A DNA stretch of 64,000 nucleotides from Eledone cirrhosa (GCA_964016885.1 OZ024742.1:169012001-169076000); one strand, 5' to 3'. Positions 1 to 13,299 are shown, counted from the first letter of the stretch. The notes: generated by a model not told the origin, from the sequence alone. Made by a program: numbers and translations.

Positions 1-4
1 CCTT

Positions 5-104
5 GGACGGCTGGAAATTATCTCCCCTTGGACGGCTGGAAATTATCTCCCCTTGGACGGCTAGATATTACCTCCCCTTGGACGGCTGGAAATTATCTCC
101 CCTT
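5..104 (+). repeat. Monomer A, 25 bp, GGACGGCTGGAAATTATCTCCCCTT (example run of four)
   Basis: Read directly: ggacggctggaaattatctcccctt repeats, with a ctagatattacc variant in third place. A occurs throughout the window in runs of about 1-10. Confidence 0.98.
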
Positions 105-241
105 GATTTTTTTTACAAATTATCTCCCCCTGATTTTTTTTTACAAATTATCTCCCCCTGATTTTTTTTTACAAATTATCTCCCCCTGATTTTTTTTTAC
201 AAATTATCTCCCCCTGATTTTTTTACAAATTATCTCCCCCT
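105..241 (+). repeat. Monomer B, 26-29 bp, GA(T7-10)ACAAATTATCTCCCCCT (example run)
   Basis: Read directly. Length varies almost only in the T tract. B occurs throughout the window in runs of about 1-14. Confidence 0.98.
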
Positions 242-680
242 GATTTTTTTTACAATCTCCGCCTGATTTTTTTAAAAATTATCTTCCCTTGGACGGCTGG
301 AAATTATATCCCCTTGGAAGGATGGAAATTATCTCCCCATGGACGGCTGGAAATTATCTCCCCTTGGACGGCTGGAAATTATCTCCCCTTGGACAGCTGG
401 AAATTATCTGCCCTTGATTTTGTTTTTACAAATTATCTCCCCCTGATTTTTTTTACAAATTATCTCCACCTGATTTTTTAAAAAATTATCTCCCCTTGGA
501 CGGCTGGAAATTATCTCCCCTTGATTTTTTTACAAATTATCTCCCCCTGATTTTTTTTACAAATTATCTCCCCCTGATTTTTTGTTACAAATTATCTCCC
601 CCTGATTTTTTTACAAATTATCTCCCCCTGATTTTTTTTACAAATTATCTCCGCCTGATTTTTTTAAATATTATCTTCCC

Positions 681-757
681 TTGGCTGGCGGGAAATTATC
701 TCCCCTTGGACGGCTGAAAATTATCTCCCCTTGGACGGCTGGAAATTATCTCCCCTT
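681..757 (+). repeat. Short A cassette: three monomers, ~75 bp, GGCTGGCGGG / GGCTGAAAA / GGCTGGAAA (example copy)
   Basis: Preceded by the boundary B variant CCGCCT(G/A)ATTTTTTTAAATATTATCTTCCC. Further copies at ~1543, 2186, 5466, 7654 and across the window. Confidence 0.92.
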
Positions 758-2637
758 GATTTTTTTACAAATTATCTCCCCCTGATTTTTTTTTACAAAT
801 TATCTCCCCCTGATTTTTTTTTACAAATTATCTCCCCCTGATTTTTTTTTACAAATTATCTCCCCCTGATTTTTTTTTACAAATTATCTCCCCCTGATTT
901 TTTTACAAATTATCTACCCTTGGCTGGCTGGAAATTATCTCCCCTTGGAGGCTGGAATTTATCTCCCCTTGGACGGCTAGAAATTACCTCTCCTTGGACG
1001 GCTGGAAAATATGTCTCCTTGGACGGCTGGATATTATCTACCCTTGGACGGCTGGAAATTATCTCCCCTTGGACGGCTGGAAATTATCTCCCCTTGGACG
1101 GCTAGAAATTACCTCTCCTTGGACGGCTGAAAATTATCTCCCCTTGGACGGCTGCAAATTATCTCCCCTTGATTTTTTTAACAAATTATCTCCCCCTGAT
1201 TTTTTTTTACAAATTATCTCCCCCTGATTTTTTTTTACAAATTATCTACGCCTAATTTTTTTTACAAATTATCTCCCCCTGATTTTTTTTTACAAATTAT
1301 CTCCCCCTGATTTTTTTAAATATTATCATCCCTTGGCTGGCGGGAAATTATCTACCCTTGGACGGCTGAAAATTATCTCCCCTTGGACGGCTGGAAATTA
1401 TCTCCCCTTGATTTTTTTTACAAATTATCTCCCCCTGATTTTTTTTTTACAAATTATCTCCCCCTGATTTTTTTACAAATTACCTCCCCCTGATTTTTTT
1501 TACAAATTATCTCCGCCTGATTTTTTTAAATATTATCTTCCCTTGGCTGGCGGGAAATTATCTCCCCTTGGACGGCTGAAAATTATCTCCCCTTGGACGG
1601 CTGGAAATTATCTCCCCTTGATTTTTTTTACAAATTATCTCCCCCTGATTATTTTTTACAAATTATCTTTCCCTGATTTTTTTTTACAAATTTTCTCCCC
1701 CTGATATTTTTAACAAATTATCTCCCCCTGATTTTTTTACAAATTATCTCCCCTTGGCTGGCTGGAAATTATCTCCCCTTGGAGGCTGGAATTTATCTCC
1801 CCTTGGACGGCTGGAAATTATCTCTCCTTGGACGGCTAGTAATTACCTCTCCTTGGACGGCTGGAAAATATGTCTCGTTGGAGGGCTGGAAATTATCTCC
1901 CCTTGGACGGCTGGAAATTATCTCTCCTTGGACGGCTAGAAATTACCTCTCCTTGGACGGCTGAAAATTATCTCTCCTTGGACGGCTGGAAATTATCTCC
2001 CCTTGGACGGCTAGATATTACCTCCCCTTGGACGGCTGGAAATTATCTCCCCTTGATTTTTTTTACAAATTATCTCCCCCTGATTTTTTTTACAAATTAT
2101 CTCCACCTGATTTTTTTACAAATTATCTCCCCCTGATTTTTTTTACAAATTATCTCCGCCTAATTTTTTAAAATATTATCTTCCCTTGGCTGGCGGGAAA
2201 TTATCTCCCCTTGGACGGCTGAAAATTATCTCCCCTTGGACGGCTGGAAATTATCTCCCCTTGATTTTTTTTACAAATTATCTCCCCCTGATTTTTTTTT
2301 ACAAATTATCTCCCCCTGATTTTTTTTTACAAATTATCTCCCCCTGATTTTTTTTACAAATTATCTCCCCTTGGCTGGCTGGAAATTATCTCCCCTTGGA
2401 GGCTGGAATTTATCTCCCCTTGGACGGCTAGAAATTACCTCTCCTTGGACGGCTGGAAAATATGTCCTTGGACGGCTGGATATTATCTACCCTTGGACGG
2501 CTGGAAATTATCTCCCCTTGGACGGCTGGAAATTATCTCCCCTTGGACGGCTAGATATTACCTCCCCTTGGACGGCTGGAAATTATCTCCCCTTGATTTT
2601 TTTTACAAATTATCTCCCCCTGATTTTTTTTACAAAT

Positions 2638-3015
2638 CTAATGATTTTTTAAAAAAAATTATCTCCCCTTCGCTGGCTGGAAATTATCTCCCCTTGGACG
2701 CTGGAAATTATAGCCCCTTGGAGGGCTGGAAATTATCTTCCCTTGGACGGCTGGAAATTATCTCCCCTTGGCTCGAAATTATCTCCCCTTGGACGGCTAG
2801 AAATTATCTCTTTGGACGGCTGGAAATTATCTCCCTTTGATTTTTTTTACAAATTATCTCCCCCTGATTTTTTTACAAATCTCCCCCTGATTTTTTAAAA
2901 AAAATTATCTCCACTTCGCTGGCTGGAAATTATCTCCCCTTGGACACTGGAAATTATAGCCCCTTGGAGGGCTGGAAATTATCTTCCCTTGGACGGCTGG
3001 AAATTATCTCTGCTT
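2638..3015 (+). repeat. Degenerate landmark cassette (CTAATG...CGCTGG...TATAGCCCC...GGCTCGAAA), 7 copies
   Basis: The ACAAATCTAATGA marker occurs at ~2638, 11841, 21238, 33510, 38275, 49511 and 56053, each followed by the same truncated and variant monomers. Confidence 0.93.
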
Positions 3016-5136
3016 GATTTTTTTTACAAATTATCCCCCCCGATTTTTTTTACAAATTATCTCCCCCTGATTTTTTTTACAAATTATCTCCCCTTGGACG
3101 GCTGGAAATTATCTCCCCTTGGACGGCTGGAAATTATCTCCCCTTGGACGGCTAGAAATTACCTCTCCTTGGACGACTGAAAATTATCTCCCCTTGGACG
3201 GCTGCAAATTATCTCCCCTTGATTTTTTTTACAAATTATCTCCGCCTGATTTTTTTTTAAAAATTATCTCCCCTTGGACGGCTGGAAATTACCTCCCCTT
3301 GGACGGCTGGAAATTATCTCCCCTTGGACGGCTAGAAATTACCTCTCATTGGACGGCTGAAAATTATCTCCCCTTGGACGGCTGGAAATTATCTCCCCTT
3401 GATTTTTTTTACAAATTATCTCCCCCTGATTTTTTTTTAAAATTATCTCTCCTTGGAAGGCTGGATATTATCTCCCCTTTCATTTTTTTTACAAATTATC
3501 TCCCCCTGATTTTTTTTACAAATTATCTCCCCCTGATTTTTTTTTACAAATTATCTACCCCTAATTTTTTTTTACAAATTATCTCCCCCTGATTTTTTTT
3601 ACAAATTATCTCCCCCTGATTTTTTTTTTACAAATTATCTCCCCCTGATTTTTTTACAAATTATCTCCCCCTGATTTTTTTTACAAATTATCTCCGCCTG
3701 ATTTTTTTAAATATTATCTTCTCTTGGCTGGCGGGAAATTATCTCCCCTTACACGGCTGAAAATTATCTCCCCTTGGACGGCTGGAAATTATCTCCCCTT
3801 GATTTTTTTTACAAATTATCTCCCCCTGATTTTTTTTACAAATTATCTCTCCCTGATTTTTTTTTACAAATTATCTCCCCCTGATTTTTTTTTACAAATT
3901 ATCTCCCCCTGATTTTTTTTACAAATTATCTCCCCCTGATTTTTTTACAAATTATCTCCCCTTGGCTGGCTGGAAATTATCTCCCCTTGGAGGCTGGAAT
4001 TTATCTCCCCTTGGACGGCTAGAAATTACCTCTCCTTGGACGGCTGGAAAATATGTCCTTGGACGGCTGGATATTATCTCCCCTTGGACGGCTGGAAATT
4101 ATCTCCCCTTGGACGGCTGGAAATTATCTCCCCTTGGACGGCTAGATATTACCTCCCCTTGGACGGCTGGAAATTATCTCCCCTTGATTTTTTTTACAAA
4201 TTATCTCCCCCTGATTTTTTTTTACAAATTATCTCCCCCTGATTTTTTTTTACGAAGTATCTCCCCCTGATTTTTTTTTACAAATTATCTCCGCCTGATT
4301 TTTTTTTAAAAATTATCTCCCCTTGAACGGCTGGAAATTATCTCCCCTTGGACGGCTGGAAATTATCTCCCCTTGGACGGCTAGAAATTACCTCTCCTTG
4401 GACGGCTGAAAATTATCTCCCCTTGGACGGCTGCAAATTATCTCCCCTTGATTTTTTAACAAATTATCTCCCCCTGATTTTTTTTTACAAATTATCTCCC
4501 CCTGATTTTTTTTTACAAATTATCTACGCCTAATTTTTTTTACAAATTATCTCCCCCTGATTTTTTTTTACAAATTATCTCCCCCTGATTTTTTTTACAA
4601 ATTATCTCCCCCTGATTTTTTTTTACAAATTATTTCCCCCTGATTTTTTTACAAATTATCTCCCCCCTGATTTTTTTTACAATCTCCGCCTGATTTTTTT
4701 AAAAATTATCTTCCCTTGGCTGGCGGGAAATTATCTCCCCTTGGACGGCTGGAAATTATATCCCCTTGGAAGGATGGAAATTATCTCCCCTTGGACGGCT
4801 GGAAATTATCTCCCCTTGGACGGCTGGAAATTATCTCCCCTTGGACAGCTGGAAATTATCTGCCCTTGATTTTGTTTTTACAAATTATCTCCCCCTGATT
4901 TTTTTTACAAATTATCTCCACCTGATTTTTTAAAAAATTATCTCCCCTTGGACGGCTGGAAATTATCTCCCCTTGATTTTTTTTACAAATTATCTCCCCC
5001 TGATTTTTTTTTACAAATTATCTCCCCCTGATTTTTTTTTACAAATTATCTCCCCCTGATTTTTTTTTACAAATTATCTCACCCTGATTTTTTTTACAAA
5101 TTATCAGTCCCTGATTTTTTTACAAATTATCTCCCC

Positions 5137-5362
5137 TTGGCTGGCTGGAAATTATCTCCCCTTGGAGGCTGGAATTTATCTCCCCTTGGACGGCTAGAAA
5201 TTACCTCTCCTTGGACGGCTGGAAAATATGTCTCCTTGGACGGCTGGATATTATCTACCCTTGGACGGCTGGAAATTATCTCCCCTTGGACGGCTGGAAA
5301 TTATCTCCTCTTGGACGGCTAGATATTACCTCCCCTTGGACGGCTGGAAATTATCTCCCCTT
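5137..5362 (+). repeat. Long A cassette: nine ordered variant monomers, ~220-225 bp, recurring dozens of times (example copy)
   Basis: Fixed order: GGCTGGCTGG / GGAGGCTGGAATTT (24 bp) / CTAGAAATTACCTCTCC / GGAAAATATGTC(TC)C / GGATATTATCTACCC / A / A / CTAGATATTACC / A. Copies or close variants start wherever the ORF track shows MAGWKLSPLGGWNL (920, 1754, 2371, 3962, 5137, 5649, 6565, 7894, 8818 ... 63183, 63598). Confidence 0.93.
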
Positions 5363-8300
5363 GATTTTTTTACAAATTATCTCCCCCTGATTTTTTTACA
5401 AATTATCTCCCCCTGATTTTTTTTACAAATTATCTCCGCCTAATTTTTTTAAATATTATCTTCCCTTGGCTGGCGGGAAATTATCTCCCCTTGGACGGCT
5501 GAAAATTATCTCCCCTTGGACGGCTGGAAATTATCTCCCCTTGATTTTTTTACAAATTATCTCCCCCTGATTTTTTTTTACAAATTATCTCCCCCTGATT
5601 TTTTTTTACAAATTATCTCCCCCTGATTTTTTTACAAATTATCTCCCCTTGGCTGGCTGGAAATTATCTCCCCTTGGAGGCTGGAATTTATCTCCCCTTG
5701 GACGGCTAGAAATTACCTCTCCTTGGACGGATGGAAAATGTCCTTGGACGGCTGGATATTATCTACCCTTGGACGGCTGGAAATTATCTCCCCTTGGACG
5801 GCTGGAAATTATCTCCCCTTGGACGGCTAGATATTACCTCCCCTTGGACGGCTGGAAATTATCTCCCCTTGATTTTTTTTACAAATTATCTCCCCCTGAT
5901 TTTTTTTTACAAATTATCTCCTCCTGATTTTTTTTTACAAATTATCTCCCCCTGATTTTTTTTTACAAATTATCTACCCCTGATTTTTTTTTACAAATTA
6001 TCTCCCCCTGATTTTTTTTACAAATTATCTCCCCCTGATTTTTTTTTACAAATTATCTCCCCCTGATTTTTTTTTACAAATTATCTACCCCTGATTTTTT
6101 TTACAAATTATCTCCCCCTGATTTTTTTTACAAATTATCTCCCCCTGATTTTGTTTACAAATTATCTCCCCCTGATTTTTTTACAAATTATCTCCCCCTG
6201 ATTTTTTTTACAAATTATCTCCGCCTAATTTTTTTAAATATTATCTTCCCTTGGCTGGCGGGAAATTATCTCCCCTTGGACGGCTGAAAATTATCTCCCC
6301 TTGGACGGCTGGAAATTATCTCTCCTCGGACGGCTAGAAATTACCTCTCCTTGGACAGCTGAAAATTATCTCCCCTTGAACGGCTGGAAATTATCTCCCC
6401 TTGATTTTTTTTACAAATTATCTCCCCCTGATTTTTTTTTACAAATTATCTCCCCCTGATTTTTTTTTACAAATTATCTCCCCCTGATTTTTTTTTACAA
6501 ATTATCTCCCCCTGATATTTTTTACAAATTATCTCCCCCTGATTTTTTTACAAATTATCTCCCCTTGGCTGGGTGGAAATTATCTCCCCTTGGAGGCTGG
6601 AATTTATCTCCCCTTGGACGGCTAGAAATTACCTCGCCTTGGACGGCTGGAAAATATGTCTCCTTGGACGGCTGGAAATTATCTCCCCTTGGACGGCTGG
6701 AAATTATCTCCCCTTGGACGGCTGGAAATTATCTCCCCTTGGACGGCTAGATATTACCTCCCCTTGGACGGCTGGAAATTATCTCCCCTTGATTTTTTTT
6801 ACAAATTATCTCCCCCTGATTTTTTTTTAAAAATTATCTCCCCCTGATTTTTTTTTACGAATTATCTCCCCCCGATTTTTTTTTACAAATTATCTCCGCC
6901 TGATTTTTTTTAAAAAATTATCTCCCCTTGAACGGCTGGAAATTATCTCCCCTTGGACGGCTGGAAATTATCTCCCCTTGGACGGCTAGAAATTACCTCT
7001 CCTTGGACGGCACAAAATTATCTCCCCTTGGACGGCTGCAAATTATCTCCCCTTGATTTTTTAACAAATTATCTCCCCCTGATTTTTTTTTACAAATTAT
7101 CTCCCCCTGATTTTTTTTTACAAATTATCTCCCCCTGATTTTTTTTTACAAATTATCTCCCCCTGATTTTTTTACAAATTATCTCCCCCTGATTTTTTTT
7201 ACAATCTCCGCCTGATTTTTTAAAAAATTATCTTCACTTGGCTGGCGGGAAATTATCTCCCCTTGGACGGCTGGAAATTATATCCCCTTGGAAGGATGGA
7301 AATTATCTCCCCTTGGACGGCTGGAAATTATCTCCCCTTGGACGGCTGGAAATTATCTCCCCTTGGACAGCTGGAAATTATCTGCCCTTGATTTTGTTTT
7401 TACAAATTATCTCCCCCTGATTTTTTTTACAAATTATCTCCACCTGATTTTTTAAAAAATTATCTCCCCTTGGACGGCTGGAAATTATCTCCCCTTGATT
7501 TTTTTACAAATTATCTCCCCCTGATTTTTTTTACAAATTATCTCCCCCTGATTTTTTGTTACAAATTATCTCCCCCTGATTTTTTTACAAATTATCTCCC
7601 CCTGATTTTTTTTACAAATTATCTCCGCCTAATTTTTTTAAATATTATCTTCCCTTGGCTGGCGGGAAATTATCTCCCCTTGGACGGCTGAAAATTATCT
7701 CCCCTTGGACGGCTGGAAATTATCTCCCCTTGATTTTTTTTACAAATTATCTCCCCCTGATTTTTTTTTACAAATTATCTCCCCCTGATTTTTTTTTACA
7801 AATTATCTCCCCCTGATTTTTTTTTACAAATTATCTCCCCCTGATTTTTTTTACAAATTATCTCCCCCTGATTTTTTTACAAATTATCTCCCCTTGGCTG
7901 GCTGGAAATTATCTCCCCTTGGAGGCTGGAATTTATCTCCCCTTGGACGGCTAGAAATTACCTCTCCTTGGACGGCTGGAAAATATGTCCTTGGACGGCT
8001 GGATATTATCTACCCTTGGACGGCTGGAAATTATCTCCCCTTGGACGGCTGGAAATTATCTCCCCTTGGACGGCTAGATATTACCTCCCCTTGGACGGCT
8101 GGAAATTATCTCCCCTTGATTTTTTTTACAAATTATCTCCCCCTGATTTTTTTTTACAAATTATCTCCCCCTGATTTTTTTTTACAAATTATCTCCCCCT
8201 GATTTTTTTTTACAAATTATCTACCCCTGATTTTTTTTTACAAATTATCTCCCCCTGATCTTTTTTACAAATTATCTCCCCCTGATTTTTTTTTACAAAT

Positions 8301-11300
8301 TATCTCCCCCTGATTTTTTTTTACAAATTATCTACCCCTGATTTTTTTTACAAATTATCTCCCCCTGATTTTTTTTACAAATTATCTCCCCCTGATTTTG
8401 TTTACAAATTATCTCCCCCTGATTTTTTTACAAATTATCTCCGCCTGATTTTTTTTACAAATTATCTCCGCCTAATTTTTTTAAATATTATCTTCCCTTG
8501 GCTGGCGGGAAATTATCTCCCCTTGGACGGCTGAAAATTATCTCCCCTTGGACGGCTGGAAATTATCTTCCCTTGATTTTTTTTACAAATTATCTCCCCC
8601 TGATTGGACAGCTGAAAATTATCTCCCCTTGGACGGCTGGAAATTATCTCCCCTTGATTTTTTTTACAAATTATCTCCCCCTGATTTTTTTTTACAAATT
8701 ATCTCCCCCTGATTTTTTTTTACAAATTATCTCCCCCTGATTTTTTTTTACAAATTATCTCCCCCTGATATTTTTTACAAATTATCTCCCCCTGATTTTT
8801 TTACAAATTATCTCCCCTTGGCTGGCTGGAAATTATCTCCCATTGGAGGCTGGAATTTATCTCCCCTTGGACGGCTAGAAATTACCTCGCCTTGGACGGC
8901 TGGAAAATATGTCTCCTTGGACGGCTGGAAATTATCTCCCCTTGGACGGCTGGAAATTATCTCCCCTTGGACGGCTGGAAATTATCTCCCCTTGGACGGC
9001 TAGATATTACCTCCCCTTGGACGGCTGGAAATTATCTCCCCTTGATTTTTTTTACAAATTATCTCCCCCTGATTTTTTTTCACAAATTATCTCCCCCTGA
9101 TTTTTTTTTACGAATTATCTCCCCCCGATTTTTTTTTACAAATTATCTCCGCCTGATTTTTTTTTAAAAATTATCTCCCCTTGAACGGCTGGAAATTATC
9201 TCCCCTTGGACGGCTGGAAATTATCTCCCCTTGGACGGCTAGAAATTACCTCTCCTTGGACGGCTGAAAATTATCTCCCCTTGGACGGCTGCAAATTATC
9301 TCCCCTTGATTTTTTAACAAATTATCTCCCCCTAGATTTTTTTTTACAAATTATCTCCCCCTGATTTTTTTTTACAAATTATCTCCCCCTGATTTTTTTT
9401 TACAAATTATCTCCCCCTGATTTTTTTACAAATTATCTCCCCCTGATTTTTTTTACAATCTCCGCCTGATTTTTTTAAAAATTATCTTCCCTTGGACGGC
9501 TGGAAATTATATCCCCTTGGAAGGATGGAAATTATCTCCCCTTGGACGGCTGGAAATTATCTCCCCTTGGACGGCTGGAAATTATCTCCCCTTGGACAGC
9601 TGGAAATTATCTGCCCTTGATTTTGTTTTTACAAATTATCTCCCCCTGATTTTTTTTACAAATTATCTCCACCTGATTTTTTAAAAAATTATCTCCCCTT
9701 GGACGGCTGGAAATTATCTCCCCTTGATTTTTTTACAAATTATCTCCCCCTGATTTTTTTTACAAATTATCTCCCCCTGATTTTTTGTTACAAATTATCT
9801 CCCCCTGATTTTTTTACAAATTATCTCCCCCTGATTTTTTTTACAAATTATCTCCGCCTGATTTTTTTAAATATTATCTTCCCTTGGCTGGCGGGAAATT
9901 ATCTCCCCTTGGACGGCTGAAAATTATCTCCCCTTGGACGGCTGGAAATTATCTCCCCTTGATTTTTTTACAAATTATCTCCCCCTGATTTTTTTTTACA
10001 AATTATCTCCCCCTGATTTTTTTTTACAAATTATCTCCCCCTGATTTTTTTTTACAAATTATCTCCCCCTGATTTTTTTTTACAAATTATCTCCCCCTGA
10101 TTTTTTTACAAATTATCTACCCTTGGCTGGCTGGAAATTATCTCCCCTTGGAGGCTGGAATTTATCTCCCCTTGGACGGCTAGAAATTACCTCTCCTTGG
10201 ACGGCTGGAAAATATGTCTCCTTGGACGGCTGGATATTATCTACCCTTGGACGGCTGGAAATTATCTCCCCTTGGACGGCTGGAAATTATCTCCCCTTGG
10301 ACGGCTAGAAATTACCTCTCCTTGGACGGCTGAAAATTATCTCCCCTTGGACGGCTGCAAATTATCTCCCCTTGATTTTTTTAACAAATTATCTCCCCCT
10401 GATTTTTTTTTACAAATTATCTCCCCCTGATTTTTTTTTACAAATTATCTACGCCTAATTTTTTTTACAAATTATCTCCCCCTGATTTTTTTTTACAAAT
10501 TATCTCCCCCTGATTTTTTTAAATATTATCATCCCTTGGCTGGCGGGAAATTATCTCCCCTTGGACGGCTGAAAATTATCTCCCCTTGGACGGCTGGAAA
10601 TTATCTCCCCTTGATTTTTTTTACAAATTATCTCCCCCTGATTTTTTTTTTACAAATTATCTCCCCCTGATTTTTTTACAAATTACCTCCCCCTGATTTT
10701 TTTTACAAATTATCTCCGCCTGATTTTTTTAAATATTATCTTCCCTTGGCTGGCGGGAAATTATCTCCCCTTGGACGGCTGAAAATTATCTCCCCTTGGA
10801 CGGCTGGAAATTATCTCCCCTTGATTTTTTTTACAAATTATCTCCCCCTGATTATTTTTTACAAATTATCTTTCCCTGATTTTTTTTTACAAATTATCTC
10901 CCCCTGATTTTTTTTACAAATTATCTCCCCCTGATTTTTTTACAAATTATCTCCCCTTGGCTGGCTGGAAATTATCTCCCCTTGGAGGCTGGAATTTATC
11001 TCCCCTTGGACGGCTGGAAATTATCTCTCCTTGGACGGCTAGTAATTACCTCTCCTTGGACGGCTGGAAAATATGTCTCGTTGGAGGGCTGGAAATTATC
11101 TCCCCTTGGACGGCTGGAAATTATCTCTCCTTGGACGGCTAGAAATTACCTCTCCTTGGACGGCTGAAAATTATCTCTCCTTGGACGGCTGGAAATTATC
11201 TCCCCTTGGACGGCTAGATATTACCTCCCCTTGGACGGCTGGAAATTATCTCCCCTTGATTTTTTTTACAAATTATCTCCCCCTGATTTTTTTTACAAAT

Positions 11301-13299
11301 TATCTCCACCTGATTTTTTTACAAATTATCTCCCCCTGATTTTTTTTACAAATTATCTCCGCCTAATTTTTTAAAATATTATCTTCCCTTGGCTGGCGGG
11401 AAATTATCTCCCCTTGGACGGCTGAAAATTATCTCCCCTTGGACGGCTGGAAATTATCTCCCCTTGATTTTTTTTACAAATTATCTCCCCCTGATTTTTT
11501 TTTACAAATTATCTCCCCCTGATTTTTTTTTACAAATTATCTCCCCCTGATTTTTTTTACAAATTATCTCCCCTTGGCTGGCTGGAAATTATCTCCCCTT
11601 GGAGGCTGGAATTTATCTCCCCTTGGACGGCTAGAAATTACCTCTCCTTGGACGGCTGGAAAATATGTCCTTGGACGGCTGGATATTATCTACCCTTGGA
11701 CGGCTGGAAATTATCTCCCCTTGGACGGCTGGAAATTATCTCCCCTTGGACGGCTAGATATTACCTCCCCTTGGACGGCTGGAAATTATCTCCCCTTGAT
11801 TTTTTTTACAAATTATCTCCCCCTGATTTTTTTTACAAATCTAATGATTTTTAAAAAAAAATTATCTCCCCTTCGCTGGCTGGAAATTATCTCCCCTTGG
11901 ACGCTGGAAATTATAGCCCCTTGGAGGGCTGGAAATTATCTTCCCTTGGACGGCTGGAAATTATCTCCCCTTGGCTCGAAATTATCTCCCCTTGGACGGC
12001 TAGAAATTATCTCTTTGGACGGCTGGAAATTATCTCCCTTTGATTTTTTTTACAAATTATCTCCCCCTGATTTTTTTACAAATCTCCCCCTGATTTTTTA
12101 AAAAAAATTATCTCCACTTCGCTGGCTGGAAATTATCTCCCCTTGGACACTGGAAATTATAGCCCCTTGGAGGGCTGGAAATTATCTTCCCTTGGACGGC
12201 TGGAAATTATCTCTGCTTGATTTTTTTTACAAATTATCTCCCCCTGATTTTTTTTTACAAATTATCCCCCCCGATTTTTTTTACAAATTATCTCCCCCTG
12301 ATTTTTTTTACAAATTATCTCCCCTTGGACGGCTGGAAATTATCTCCCCTTGGACGGCTGGAAATTATCTCCCCTTGGACGGCTAGAAATTACCTCTCCT
12401 TGGACGACTGAAAATTATCTCCCCTTGGACGGCTGCAAATTATCTCCCCTTGATTTTTTTTACAAATTATCTCCGCCTGATTTTTTTTTTAAAATTATCT
12501 CCCCTTGGACGGCTGGAAATTACCTCCCCTTGGACGGCTGGAAATTATCTCCCCTTGGACGGCTAGAAATTACCTCTCATTGGACGGCTGAAAATTATCT
12601 CCCCTTGGACGGCTGGAAATTATCTCCCCTTGATTTTTTTTACAAATTATCTCCCCCTGATTTTTTTTTTACAAATTATCTCCGCCTGATTTTTTTTTAA
12701 AATTATCTCTCCTTGGAAGGCTGGATATTATCTCCCCTTTCATTTTTTTTACAAATTATCTCCCCCTGATTTTTTTTACAAATTATCTCCCCCTGATTTT
12801 TTTTTACAAATTATCTACCCCTAATTTTTTTTTACAAATTATCTCCCCCTGATTTTTTTTACAAATTATCTCCCCCTGATTTTTTTTTTACAAATTATCT
12901 CCCCCTGATTTTTTTACAAATTATCTCCCCCTGATTTTTTTTACAAATTATCTCCGCCTGATTTTTTTAAATATTATCTTCTCTTGGCTGGCGGGAAATT
13001 ATCTCCCCTTACACGGCTGAAAATTATCTCCCCTTGGACGGCTGGAAATTATCTCCCCTTGATTTTTTTTACAAATTATCTCCCCCTGATTTTTTTTACA
13101 AATTATCTCTCCCTGATTTTTTTTTACAAATTATCTCCCCCTGATTTTTTTTTACAAATTATCTCCCCCTGATTTTTTTTACAAATTATCTCCCCCTGAT
13201 TTTTTTACAAATTATCTCCCCTTAGCTGGCTGGAAATTATCTCCCCTTGGAGGCTGGAATTTATCTCCCCTTGGACGGCTAGAAATTACCTCTCCTTGG

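Noticed and set aside
105-260. Rho-independent terminators at the T tracts
   Set aside because: There is no GC-rich hairpin ahead of the T runs and no upstream transcription unit.
683-692. Chi-like motif GCTGGCGG near breakpoints
   Set aside because: It is one mismatch from E. coli Chi (GCTGGTGG), nothing suggests a bacterial context, and it is easily derived from the monomer by chance.
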